64,000 nt of DNA from Candidatus Omnitrophota bacterium (GTDB lineage Bacteria > Omnitrophota > Gorgyraeia > Gorgyraeales > Gorgyraeaceae), in assembly GCA_043814965.1 (NCBI GenBank), contig JBDRJN010000002.1, positions 39,984 to 103,983 of the forward strand, given 5' to 3'. Below, one piece after another: positions 45,061-54,322 of the stretch (position 1 is the first letter of the stretch; every line of letters starts with the position of its first letter). Position numbers and translations under genes: made by a program. The notes beneath the pieces are model-generated. The model searched no databases, was not told the DNA's origin, and saw nothing but the letters and a program-made list of their open reading frames with translations.

Positions 45061-46551
45061 ATGAAACTAAACTCAGTAAGGTTTAAGATCAGCGTTTTAT
45101 ATGTAGCTATTCTTGGCGTGATCCTAGTTACGTACAGCGCGTTTTTATATCTTTCTTTACACTACACTCTCTATGATGAGCTTGATGATGAGCTTCATGT
45201 AAAGGTCAATGGGATAAATTCTGCCATTAACCTTTACAAAGAAATACTCCCGGATAATAAGGATTCTTTTTTATTTTCAGTTAAAAAGGCTGTTACGCTG
45301 GAAGGTTCTTATCCAGATCAAGGTAAGATGCTTGAGATAGATCAGCTTGAAAGATTGTGGCTTGGTAAAGTAGATATATTCAACCTGAGAGAGGATTTTA
45401 TAGCATTTATGGATCAGGATGGAAAGGTTCTTGTAAACTCCAGACCCACGCCTCCAGACCTTAAAGCCGCCTTTTTAAAAAATTCTAAACTGCTGGACAA
45501 AGATGAAGCGATATATAAAAGTGTAAAACATGACAAAAAAGACCTAAGAGTCATTACAAAGGTATTTATCTATAACGGCAAAAATTATTATATCCATATA
45601 GCCACATCTTTAAAGCCTGTTATACATCTTTTAAGGATAAGACTGGCGCATATCTTGACAAGCATTCCGATAATACTGATAATAGCGAGTTTTATAGGCC
45701 AGCTTTTTGCGACCCGTATCCTTACCCCTGTCCTAGAGATCACTAAGACCGCAGAAAATATTACCCACGAGGACCTTAGCTTGAGAGTAAAAAGCCTTCA
45801 CGCTGACTCTGAGATGAAGTATCTTGTAGATGCTTTTAATGATATGATAGCGCGCCTTGAAAAATCGTTCAAATATATAGCGGAGTTTAGTTCTTACGCA
45901 TCTCATGAGCTGAAGACACCTTTGGCTATAATAAGAGGAGAGTCAGAGGTCGCGCTTAGAAAAGACCGCGATATAGAAGAATATAAAAGGGTCATCAGGA
46001 TAAATATCGAGGAAACAGAAAGGATGCTTAAGCTCATAGAAGACCTCCTTCTCCTTACAAAACTTGATTACAAGCCCGAGGTTTTTAAGTTTGAGAGATT
46101 TGACCTTGTTGGGTTTTTGAAGGAGATATATGAACAGACAGAACTTCTTTCAGGTAAAAAAAATATAGAAGTTACTTTAAGAGGGAGTATAGATAAGCCT
46201 ATTTTTATTAAAGGAGACAGGCTTCACCTGAGGCGGCTTTTTTTTAATCTGATAAGTAATGCAATCAAATTTAGTTTTAAAGACGGGAGAATAGACATCA
46301 GATTAAATAAAGAAGACAAAAAAGCCGTTATATCTATCTCTGACATAGGTATTGGCATAGATAAAGATGATATACCTCACATATTCAACAAGTTCTTCCA
46401 CAAAGACACGTTAAATGAAGATGATACGTCGGGAAATGGGCTTGGCCTGAGCATAGCCCAGTCGATCGTCAATATACACCAGGGATATATTGGAGTTAAG
46501 TCTGTTCCCAACAAGGGCTCCACCTTTACTGTATTTTTACCTATCTTTTGA
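45061..46551 (+). CDS. Sensor histidine kinase (2 TM, HAMP, HisKA, HATPase_c)
   Basis: H-box SHELKTPL. N/G boxes ISNAIKF, DIGIGI and GNGLGLSIA. Confidence 0.8.
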   Translation: MKLNSVRFKISVLYVAILGVILVTYSAFLYLSLHYTLYDELDDELHVKVNGINSAINLYKEILPDNKDSFLFSVKKAVTLEGSYPDQGKMLEIDQLERLWLGKVDIFNLREDFIAFMDQDGKVLVNSRPTPPDLKAAFLKNSKLLDKDEAIYKSVKHDKKDLRVITKVFIYNGKNYYIHIATSLKPVIHLLRIRLAHILTSIPIILIIASFIGQLFATRILTPVLEITKTAENITHEDLSLRVKSLHADSEMKYLVDAFNDMIARLEKSFKYIAEFSSYASHELKTPLAIIRGESEVALRKDRDIEEYKRVIRINIEETERMLKLIEDLLLLTKLDYKPEVFKFERFDLVGFLKEIYEQTELLSGKKNIEVTLRGSIDKPIFIKGDRLHLRRLFFNLISNAIKFSFKDGRIDIRLNKEDKKAVISISDIGIGIDKDDIPHIFNKFFHKDTLNEDDTSGNGLGLSIAQSIVNIHQGYIGVKSVPNKGSTFTVFLPIF

Positions 46552-46647
46552 TCGCCTCCAACATTAGAAAAATTTAATATTGTTCTAATCTTCTTTTAAT
46601 GGTCTTTATGCTAAGCTCTACGCGAGTGATAGAAAGAGAGGGCTTTT

Positions 46648-47010
46648 ATGAAGAAGATACTTGTGGTTGACGACGAAAAAAAGATAAGAAAGATTTATGT
46701 TAAATTGCTGAGCGCAGAAGGGTATGAAGTCGTAGAGTCACTGAATCCAATGCAGGCCAGCGAGATACTTGTCAAGGAGCGTATAGATCTTGTTTTACTT
46801 GATATAAACATGCCAGAGGTCGATGGAAGCGTGCTTTATGATGTAATGCAGCTTTTTCATAAAAAGGTAAAAGTAATAGTCGCCAGTGTATATCCTCTTG
46901 ACGAACAAAAGCACAGGATAAAGGATGCATATGACTATTATGATAAATCAGACGGCAGCGAGATATTGCTTTATAAGATAAAAAAAGCACTTGAGAACGG
47001 GGTTTCTTGA
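46648..47010 (+). CDS. Single-domain response regulator
   Basis: MKKILVVDDE..DINMPEVDG receiver motifs. 120 aa. Confidence 0.7.
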   Translation: MKKILVVDDEKKIRKIYVKLLSAEGYEVVESLNPMQASEILVKERIDLVLLDINMPEVDGSVLYDVMQLFHKKVKVIVASVYPLDEQKHRIKDAYDYYDKSDGSEILLYKIKKALENGVS

Positions 47011-47034
47011 TCTCTAAAAAACTAAGGAGGCGGT

Positions 47035-47586
47035 ATGGCTGTTTTGTATATATTTAAGAGATTTTTAATATACCTATCTCTTGTTATAGGAGGAGTGCTC
47101 TTGTTTTCAGGATGCGGTAATATGGATCTAGCGGCAAAGAAGGCTTCTCAGGAAGAAAAAGAGATATTTGGGCCTCTAACAGGATATAATTATCTAGCCA
47201 AAGAAGCGGAGATCTGCTTGGATAAAGCTGGTTTTGATCCAGGCCCTATAGATGGAGTGTTGGATGGGGCTGCGCGAAAAGCTGTAATAGGATTCCAGAA
47301 ATCAAATAATTTAAAGATGTCGGCATTTATTGATAAAACAACTTGGGAGAAGCTCAGGCCGTATAAGATAACCAGTAAGATAGATCGTAAAGAAAAAGTG
47401 TCTATAAAGAGTATACAGCAGGCATTAAAAACTGCTGGATTCGACCCTGGGCCGATAGATGGGAAAATGGGCCCTAAGACTAAAAAAGCAGTTACTGATT
47501 TTCAGAGGAAAGTAGGTTTAGCCGATAGCGGGAAATTAGACCCCAAGACATTAGAAAAATTAAAAACATATATTGCAATAAAATAA
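47035..47586 (+). CDS. Lipoprotein with two peptidoglycan-binding (PG_binding_1-like) domains
   Basis: Lipobox LLFSGC. Two G(F/Y)DPGPIDG(x)..TKKAV..FQ repeats. Confidence 0.65.
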   Translation: MAVLYIFKRFLIYLSLVIGGVLLFSGCGNMDLAAKKASQEEKEIFGPLTGYNYLAKEAEICLDKAGFDPGPIDGVLDGAARKAVIGFQKSNNLKMSAFIDKTTWEKLRPYKITSKIDRKEKVSIKSIQQALKTAGFDPGPIDGKMGPKTKKAVTDFQRKVGLADSGKLDPKTLEKLKTYIAIK

Positions 47587-47600
47587 TAAGGAGGAGATGG

Positions 47601-48050
47601 ATGAAAAGAAATTTGATGAGCGTATTATTTATCACTTTAATATTAACGGGCTGCGCTACTACAGGAAGGGGCCTTAAAAGCCAGGAATACAAGAGCCTTC
47701 AATGTAAGGTAGCAAATCTTGAAACTGAGTTAAGGGAAAAAGACAGATTGATCTCTGAGCTTGAATATCAGCTGGAAGAAAAAAAGGCCGAGCCAGCAAA
47801 ACCCGCTTATATAACACCTAGTAAAAAAGCAGTTAGCCAAAAAAGCGAAAAGAAAAAGACTTACAAAAAGACCCCTGAAAGGATCCAGAAAGCCCTTAAA
47901 AACGCAGGTTTTTATAAAGGGCCGATAGATTCTAAGATAGGAAAGAACACAAAGAAGGCTATTTCTGACTTTCAAAAGGCGAACGGTATAACATCCGATG
48001 GAGTAGTAGGAAAAAAGACCTGGTCTAAGCTGAGTAAATTTTTAGAGTAA
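47601..48050 (+). CDS. Lipoprotein with a coiled coil and a peptidoglycan-binding domain
   Basis: Lipobox LTGCAT. GFYKGPIDSKIGKNTKKAISDFQKANG. Confidence 0.6.
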   Translation: MKRNLMSVLFITLILTGCATTGRGLKSQEYKSLQCKVANLETELREKDRLISELEYQLEEKKAEPAKPAYITPSKKAVSQKSEKKKTYKKTPERIQKALKNAGFYKGPIDSKIGKNTKKAISDFQKANGITSDGVVGKKTWSKLSKFLE

Positions 48051-48082
48051 AAAGATACCAATAATAAGGGAGGTGTGTTAAA

Positions 48083-48391
48083 ATGATTAAGACAAGTTAT
48101 ATTACATTATTAACAATAGTATTGGCATTTACTTTATTATCCTGTACTGGTACGCAGAAAGGCGCTGGATTGGGGACTTTGGTAGGCGCTGGGGCTGGAG
48201 CTATAATAGGCCATCAATCAGGGCATGCCAAAGAAGGAGCTCTCATAGGCGGCGTAGCAGGTGCAGCAGGAGGAGCCCTTATAGGTAACAGTATGGAGAC
48301 AAAGTTTTGTCCTGCGTGTGGAGCTAGTTATGGCTCAAGCGTAACATATTGCCCTAAAGATGGCTCAGAGTTAAAAGCCAAACAAAAATAA
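48083..48391 (+). CDS. Glycine-zipper lipoprotein with a C-terminal zinc ribbon
   Basis: Lipobox LLSCTG. GAGLGTLVGAGAGAIIG..GGVAGAAGGALIG. CPACG..CPKDG. Confidence 0.5.
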   Translation: MIKTSYITLLTIVLAFTLLSCTGTQKGAGLGTLVGAGAGAIIGHQSGHAKEGALIGGVAGAAGGALIGNSMETKFCPACGASYGSSVTYCPKDGSELKAKQK

Positions 48392-48409
48392 AAAAGGAGA
48401 AGTTTATAT

Positions 48410-49375
48410 ATGGATAGACTACTCAAGATATTTATATGCGTTATTCTTTTTCTAGCAATTTTAGACCTTAATCTTTATAGCCAGGCAGCCCAAAAGGCCG
48501 AAGGGGTGAGGGAACAGCTTGAGAATATGCAGAAGGAGTTTGACTGGTGGCCTACAGATGCAAAGCCAGGGCCTTACAAAGATATGGATAAAGGCGGTTA
48601 CTGGTGGTGGCCTGAAGAACCAGGAAAGGCCAGGCCTTGGGGTAATAGAGGCTATATATATGTATATAAGATAATATTTGATTACAAGGAAGAGGAACTT
48701 CCTCCTCCGAAACAAAAAGAACTCAGGCCGTCATTGCTGATAAAAAAGATAATAAAGAATGTAAAGGTATATTTTGATTATGACAAGTCTGACTTAAGAA
48801 GCGATGCTGCAAAGATATTGGAAGATGCAGTAGGAACACTTAGAAGGAGCCCTGAGACAAGCATACTTATAACTGGTAATTGTGATATAAGGGGCACTGA
48901 AAAATACAATGAAAAATTGGGTAGGCACAGGGCAGAGTCTGTCAGGAGATTTATGCTTGGTAAAGGCTTGCCAGAAGACCGCATCAAAATAGTAAGCAGG
49001 GGAAAGCTGGATGCGATAGCTCATGTGACAGACCTTGAAGGTATGCAGAAAGATAGAAACGCCCAGTTCATGGTTGCTGAAGTCGAAGAGGTCATGATCC
49101 CTTATGAAGGGGCTGAGAGATTAGAGGCGTCTCCCGAGATGGAAGCAATAGATGAAAATAAATATCTAGTTGAGGAAGAAGAAAACCTGGAATCAGAAAT
49201 AAAAGTCTCGACAAAAGAATATATTGTAAAAAAAGGCGATACTTTATCAAAGATAGCAAAGGATGAGCTGGGCAGCGCTCATAGATGGAAGTATCTCTAT
49301 CAGGTAAATAAGGATAGGATAAAGAACCCGGATAAGCTCAGGCCAGGCCAGAAAATAATCATACCGATAGAGTAG
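48410..49375 (+). CDS. OmpA-family peptidoglycan-associated protein with a C-terminal LysM domain
   Basis: Signal peptide. OmpA_C-like segment VYFDYDKSDL..TGNCDIRGTEKYNEKLGRHRAESV. LysM EYIVKKGDTLSKIA..PGQKIIIP. Confidence 0.75.
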   Translation: MDRLLKIFICVILFLAILDLNLYSQAAQKAEGVREQLENMQKEFDWWPTDAKPGPYKDMDKGGYWWWPEEPGKARPWGNRGYIYVYKIIFDYKEEELPPPKQKELRPSLLIKKIIKNVKVYFDYDKSDLRSDAAKILEDAVGTLRRSPETSILITGNCDIRGTEKYNEKLGRHRAESVRRFMLGKGLPEDRIKIVSRGKLDAIAHVTDLEGMQKDRNAQFMVAEVEEVMIPYEGAERLEASPEMEAIDENKYLVEEEENLESEIKVSTKEYIVKKGDTLSKIAKDELGSAHRWKYLYQVNKDRIKNPDKLRPGQKIIIPIE

Positions 49376-49432
49376 TTTGTAGTTTTATTGACATAGATTG
49401 CTTATATAAGCATAAGGTATTGTGAAGGTTTT

Positions 49433-49894
49433 ATGAAGAGAAGCCAGCTTGCAATGATATGGTTTTTACCTTTGATCATTATAGGAGGGATTTTTAATCC
49501 ATTACTTGGATATTTAGTTTTAGGAATGATGATATTTTTTCTGACATTATCTGTTTTTAAGGGAAGATATTGGTGCTGGAACTTATGCCCAAGAGGCGCT
49601 TTTTTAGACTCTGTTTTATCAAAGATCAGTCGTAAAAAACCTACACCTAAACTTTTTACAAAACAATATTTTCGCTGGATAGTTTTTGTATTACTTACGA
49701 GTTTTTTGATTTTACGTATTATCGCTAAAGGCAAAAGCTTGGCCGCTATTGGTTCTATTTTGATAGTCATGTGTATAATAACAACTATTATCTCTATCGT
49801 ACTGGGTATTATCATGAAACATAGGACATGGTGTATGATATGCCCTATGGGAACTTTGCAGGATAAGATCGGTAAGTTATCTGATTCTAAATAA
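49433..49894 (+). CDS. 4-TM membrane protein with two CxxC motifs (metal or Fe-S binding?)
   Basis: CWNLCPRG and CMICPMG flank TM helices. Family unknown. Confidence 0.45.
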   Translation: MKRSQLAMIWFLPLIIIGGIFNPLLGYLVLGMMIFFLTLSVFKGRYWCWNLCPRGAFLDSVLSKISRKKPTPKLFTKQYFRWIVFVLLTSFLILRIIAKGKSLAAIGSILIVMCIITTIISIVLGIIMKHRTWCMICPMGTLQDKIGKLSDSK

Positions 49895-49910
49895 GATAAA
49901 AATAGATATA

Positions 49911-51203
49911 TTATTTTGTGAGAGGGTCTTTAAATCTTTCTTTTATAGAAGTTATTTCCGGAAGCAGCTCTTTAAATTTTTCAACTAACCTCGGTTCAAA
50001 ATAAGTCCCGCTTGATCTTTGTATCTCTTCCACGGCATTTTCTATTGACCACGCTTCTTTATAGGTACGTTTTGAAGTCAAGGCGTCAAATACATCGCAT
50101 AATCCTACGATACGGCCTGTAACTGGTATCTCTTCTTTTGAAAGGCTATTAGGATATCCTGAACCATCCCATTTTTCATGATGGGTCAGTGCTATTGTCT
50201 GAGCGAGTTGTAAGAGTTTGGAATTATTTATGGAAAGTATCTTTGAACCTATTGTAGTATGAGTCTTCATGAGGTCGTATTCTTCAGGCGTCAAGCGGCC
50301 AGGCTTTAGGAGTATCGAGTCAGGTATGCCTATCTTGCCTATATCATGCATTTGACTGGCATGGAACAAGAGATGGCAGTCTTTTCCTTGCATCCCGATA
50401 GCGTGCGCCAGTACTGCACAGTAATGGCTCATGCGTTTTATATGAGAACCAGTCTCATTGTCCCTATATTCAGCTGCTACACCCAGGGTATAGACTATCT
50501 CCTGTTGTGTATCATGCAGTTCTTTGGTGCGTTCCTGTACTTTTAATTCAAGATTATCTCTATGTTCTTCAAGAAGCTTTGAATGCAGGAAGTTTTTTCT
50601 GGCAAAAAGTTCCATGGTATAGCATACATACATGCCTATAAAATTACCCATTATAAGAAAAAAACTATTATTTATGAACATGGCTATAGGCACATGCCTG
50701 ATGAAAATAGATACTGCTATATGAGAAGAGAGTATTACAAGGCCCGTTATTGATGCAGGTATAAACCTATTACGCATAGTAGCGTATCCATATATGAATA
50801 TGATAATGAGACTGGCATTCCATATGGAACTTATCTCAGAAGGAAGCATCGCGAATTTAGCGACAACGCCTAATCCGCATGCACCTATTCCCATAGAGAT
50901 AGCAATATCCAGGTATTTTTTAGGTTTTTTAGTAAAACTCAGCGCAAAAGAAATAAGCATCACTGGCCAGACAAATGCGTAACGCATTAAAAGTAGTTTT
51001 GGCATTACTTCTTTTGGGGCAAAGAAAGAGTCTATGATACCAAAAAGGCCCCATATGATTATGCCTAGTATCATGGACATGCGCATATTATTTAGATAGT
51101 GTGAGAAATAATAAGTACGGAACTTTTCTTCCAGTGCCTTATTGAAGGAAAGCGTGATGGGGTTTATCTTTACATTTTCAAACTGTGAATTGAGATCTCG
51201 CAT
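49911..51203 (-). CDS. Membrane-anchored HD-GYP c-di-GMP phosphodiesterase
   Basis: 6 N-terminal TM helices. HDIGKIGIP and HHEKWDGSGYP. Confidence 0.75.
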   Translation of the reverse strand: MRDLNSQFENVKINPITLSFNKALEEKFRTYYFSHYLNNMRMSMILGIIIWGLFGIIDSFFAPKEVMPKLLLMRYAFVWPVMLISFALSFTKKPKKYLDIAISMGIGACGLGVVAKFAMLPSEISSIWNASLIIIFIYGYATMRNRFIPASITGLVILSSHIAVSIFIRHVPIAMFINNSFFLIMGNFIGMYVCYTMELFARKNFLHSKLLEEHRDNLELKVQERTKELHDTQQEIVYTLGVAAEYRDNETGSHIKRMSHYCAVLAHAIGMQGKDCHLLFHASQMHDIGKIGIPDSILLKPGRLTPEEYDLMKTHTTIGSKILSINNSKLLQLAQTIALTHHEKWDGSGYPNSLSKEEIPVTGRIVGLCDVFDALTSKRTYKEAWSIENAVEEIQRSSGTYFEPRLVEKFKELLPEITSIKERFKDPLTK

Positions 51204-51290
51204 AAGTCTTTATATATTATACACATATAAAGACTGGTAGTACAACATTTTTTACGATATAGATTATGTAATGTCAATGGATTAAAATTG

Positions 51291-51434
51291 TTCTTGGTAA
51301 GCATACGAAAAGACGCTTGATTACCCCAGCGTGGTAATCTTCGCTCGGTGCCGCTTCTCGCTCATCCGCCATAAATCTTGGCGGATACCATGCCCGCTCA
51401 AACCGGCAACGCTTTTCTTTAGGCTTACCAAGAA
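51291..51434. other. GC-rich structured element flanked by 12-bp inverted repeats (candidate ncRNA or MITE)
   Basis: ttcttggtaagc (51291-51302) pairs with gcttaccaagaa (51423-51434). Internal hairpins lie at 51319-51339 and 51366-51384. About 50% GC in a 35% GC genome. Confidence 0.4.
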
Positions 51435-51475
51435 TAATTGCGGTTTGGCGTATTATTTAAGCATTAGATTGTACA

Positions 51476-52312
51476 ATGCAGATTATTACTAGATTATTGA
51501 TATTAAAGGTGTATAATAATATATCAATCATGAATAAATCCGATAGCAGTTATAAATATATATACGGCCCGGTCTCATCATGGAGGCTTGGAAATTCACT
51601 AGGGGTGGACCTTATATCCAAAAAGGAAAAGACCTGTACATTCGATTGCGCGTATTGCCAGATAGGAAAGACTGAAGACTTTCTAGACCAGAGAAAGATC
51701 TTTGTAAAGACAAAGGACGTATTAAAAGAGATAAATCTAGTAGAGGCTGGTAATATTGATTATATAACGTTCTCAGGCAAGGGTGAGCCGACACTGGCAT
51801 CTAATCTTGGAGATGTAATAGAGGGGATAAGGAAGATAAGGCATGAGAAGATAGCTATTATAACGAATACCTCCTTGATAGACAGGCCAGATGTACAGCA
51901 GGACCTGAAATTAGCGGATATTGTCATGATCAAGATAGATGCATGTAATGAGGACCTTTTTTTAAAGATCAATAGACCCATGAAAGATATGCGCCTAAAA
52001 AATATGATCGAAGGTATAAAAGAATTTAGATCTAGTTATAAGGGGAAGATAGCCTTACAGATCATGTTCGTAGAAGATAATAAAAAATACGCGCAGGAAT
52101 TTGCCAAGATAGCCAAGGATATTTCACCAAATGAAGTAGATATAAATACTCCATTAAGGCCTAGCCCTGTAAAGCCATTATCCAAGAAAGGCATAGATCT
52201 GATATTGCCTTATTTTAAAGGACAAAATGCGATATCTGTATATGATTCTTATAGAAAGCCTATAACACCTTTAAGCACAAAAGATACATTGAAGAGAAGG
52301 GGATCTCTCTGA
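51476..52312 (+). CDS. Radical SAM protein
   Basis: KTCTFDCAYCQIGK (CxxxCxxC). The real start may be ATG 51530. Function not assignable. Confidence 0.7.
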   Translation: MQIITRLLILKVYNNISIMNKSDSSYKYIYGPVSSWRLGNSLGVDLISKKEKTCTFDCAYCQIGKTEDFLDQRKIFVKTKDVLKEINLVEAGNIDYITFSGKGEPTLASNLGDVIEGIRKIRHEKIAIITNTSLIDRPDVQQDLKLADIVMIKIDACNEDLFLKINRPMKDMRLKNMIEGIKEFRSSYKGKIALQIMFVEDNKKYAQEFAKIAKDISPNEVDINTPLRPSPVKPLSKKGIDLILPYFKGQNAISVYDSYRKPITPLSTKDTLKRRGSL

Positions 52313-52321
52313 GCTTGCGAT

Positions 52322-52978
52322 ATGATACAAGAGAATGTCCAAAAAATACTTAGAGAATTGCCTGTAGGAGTAAAACTTGTAGCTGCGGCAAAGGCAAGGT
52401 CTCCTGAGGAGATTTTAGAGGCATTAGATAGCGGTGTAGAGATAATAGGCGAGAATTATATACAAGAAGCTGAACTTGCTTTTAAGGTAATAGGAAAAAA
52501 AGCAAGATGGCATTTTATAGGCCACTTGCAAAAAAACAAAGTCAAAAAAGCAGTCAGTATATTCGACATGATAGAGACAGTTGATTCTTTTGGCCTGGCA
52601 GAGGAGATAGGTAAATATTCAGGCAAGATCAATAAGCCGATGGAGGTCTTGATAGAGATAAATAGTGGAGAAGAGCTGCAAAAGTCCGGCGTATTTCCAA
52701 AAGATGCGGAGAGCATTATAAGAAAGGCAGCTGGCTTAAAGAATATAAAGGTAATGGGGCTTATGACAATGGGGCCCTTAAAAGATGACCCTGAAGACAT
52801 AAGGCCATATTTTATTAAAACTAGAGAGGTTTTTGAAAAAATAAGGTCATTGAGCATAGAGAACGTGGAGATGAAATACCTTTCTATGGGGATGAGTGAT
52901 AGTTATAAAGTTGCCATAGAAGAAGGCGCTAATATGGTGAGGATCGGTACCAGGATATTTGGGGAGAGAAAAATATGA
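52322..52978 (+). CDS. YggS-family PLP-binding protein (PLP homeostasis)
   Basis: KLVAAAKARS..IIGENYIQE..HFIGHLQKNK resembles the alanine-racemase N-terminal fold. 218 aa. Confidence 0.8.
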   Translation: MIQENVQKILRELPVGVKLVAAAKARSPEEILEALDSGVEIIGENYIQEAELAFKVIGKKARWHFIGHLQKNKVKKAVSIFDMIETVDSFGLAEEIGKYSGKINKPMEVLIEINSGEELQKSGVFPKDAESIIRKAAGLKNIKVMGLMTMGPLKDDPEDIRPYFIKTREVFEKIRSLSIENVEMKYLSMGMSDSYKVAIEEGANMVRIGTRIFGERKI

Positions 52979-53919
52979 TATACGATGTAATTATTATAGG
53001 CGGCGGGCCAGCCGGGCTTACAGCCAGCCTTTATAGTTCACGAGCAAGGCTAAAGACACTGGTCATTGAAAGCTACATGGTAGCAGTACAGGCGGTCTTG
53101 ACTGAAAAAATAGAGAATTACCCTGGTTTTCCAGGAGGCATAGGCGGATTTGAGCTTATAGAGAACTTTAAGAAACAATCCAGGGAATTTGGATCAGAGT
53201 TTATCATAGGAGATGTTAAAAATATAGAAGAGACTATACAGGATAATAAAAGATATTTTAATGTGATAACAGATGACAAGTCATTTACTGCCTTATCAAT
53301 TATCATTGCTTCAGGCGCAAAGCTGAAAGAACTAGGAGTAGAAGGCGAAAAAAAGTTCCAGGGAAGAGGCGTATCATATTGCGCTACTTGCGATGGAGCG
53401 TTCTTCAAAGACAAGGATATAGTTGTCATAGGAGGAGGAGATACTGCGGTTGAGGAGGCCTTATTTTTGACAAGGTTTGGTAAAAAGGTGACGCTTATCC
53501 ATCGTAAAGACAGGTTAAGAGCTACGAAGGTGCTGCAAGAGAGGGCATTTGAGAATAAAAAACTTGATATCATATGGGATTCTACTTTGGTCAAGATCTT
53601 AGGTAAAGACAAAATCGAGAGCTGTTTACTAAAGAATATAAAGACCAATGAAGAGAAAAGCATAGAATGCAGCGGTGTATTTATCTTTGTCGGCTATATA
53701 CCTAATGCAAGTTTTAGTAAGGATATCTTAAAATTAGACAAGGATGGATATATAATCACGGATAAAGAGATGGGTACTTCTAAAAAAGGCATATTTGCTT
53801 GCGGTGATTGTACTAGTAAGAGGCTTCGCCAGGTAGTAACAGCATGCGGAGACGGCGCAACAGCTTCTTTTAGCGCCCAGGCTTATGTAGAGGACTTAAA
53901 AGGTATAGCATATAAGTAG
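52975..53919 (+). CDS. trxB: Thioredoxin reductase
   Basis: IIIGGGPAGLTAS and the redox motif CATCDG. 314 aa. Confidence 0.85.
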   Translation: MIYDVIIIGGGPAGLTASLYSSRARLKTLVIESYMVAVQAVLTEKIENYPGFPGGIGGFELIENFKKQSREFGSEFIIGDVKNIEETIQDNKRYFNVITDDKSFTALSIIIASGAKLKELGVEGEKKFQGRGVSYCATCDGAFFKDKDIVVIGGGDTAVEEALFLTRFGKKVTLIHRKDRLRATKVLQERAFENKKLDIIWDSTLVKILGKDKIESCLLKNIKTNEEKSIECSGVFIFVGYIPNASFSKDILKLDKDGYIITDKEMGTSKKGIFACGDCTSKRLRQVVTACGDGATASFSAQAYVEDLKGIAYK

Positions 53920-53932
53920 AAAGGGGGAGGTC

Positions 53933-54310
53933 ATGAGAAAAATATTGGTTGTTTCCATGTTAGCGGTATTTTCTCTAGGGATAATAGGTATATCTTACGG
54001 AGAAGATATAGCAGCTACTGAAGAAGCTGTTCCAAAATGCGAGATGTGCAAGATGCGCATGAAAAAAGATGGTGAAAAAGGCGGCATGCATGAGATGAAG
54101 TCAATGATGATGAAAGGCATGATGCAGAAGGAGATGGTGCCTACCAAGGACGGAGGAGTGATAGTCCTTTCAGGGAATAAACTTTTGCAATATGACAAGG
54201 ACCTAAACCTTAAGAAAGAGGTTGAGATCAAGACAGATATGGAATGCATGATGAAAAAGATGAAGAAGTGCATGGAAGACAAAGAAAAGACGAAAGAAGA
54301 GCCTCAATAA
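53933..54310 (+). CDS. Secreted Met/Lys-rich protein (putative Cu(I)/Ag(I)-binding)
   Basis: Signal peptide. MHEMKSMMMKGMMQKEM and CMMKKMKKCM. Met-rich Mx(n)M clusters as in CusF/CopC/PcoC-type metallochaperones. Confidence 0.5.
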   Translation: MRKILVVSMLAVFSLGIIGISYGEDIAATEEAVPKCEMCKMRMKKDGEKGGMHEMKSMMMKGMMQKEMVPTKDGGVIVLSGNKLLQYDKDLNLKKEVEIKTDMECMMKKMKKCMEDKEKTKEEPQ

Positions 54311-54322
54311 AAGGAAGCCCTT

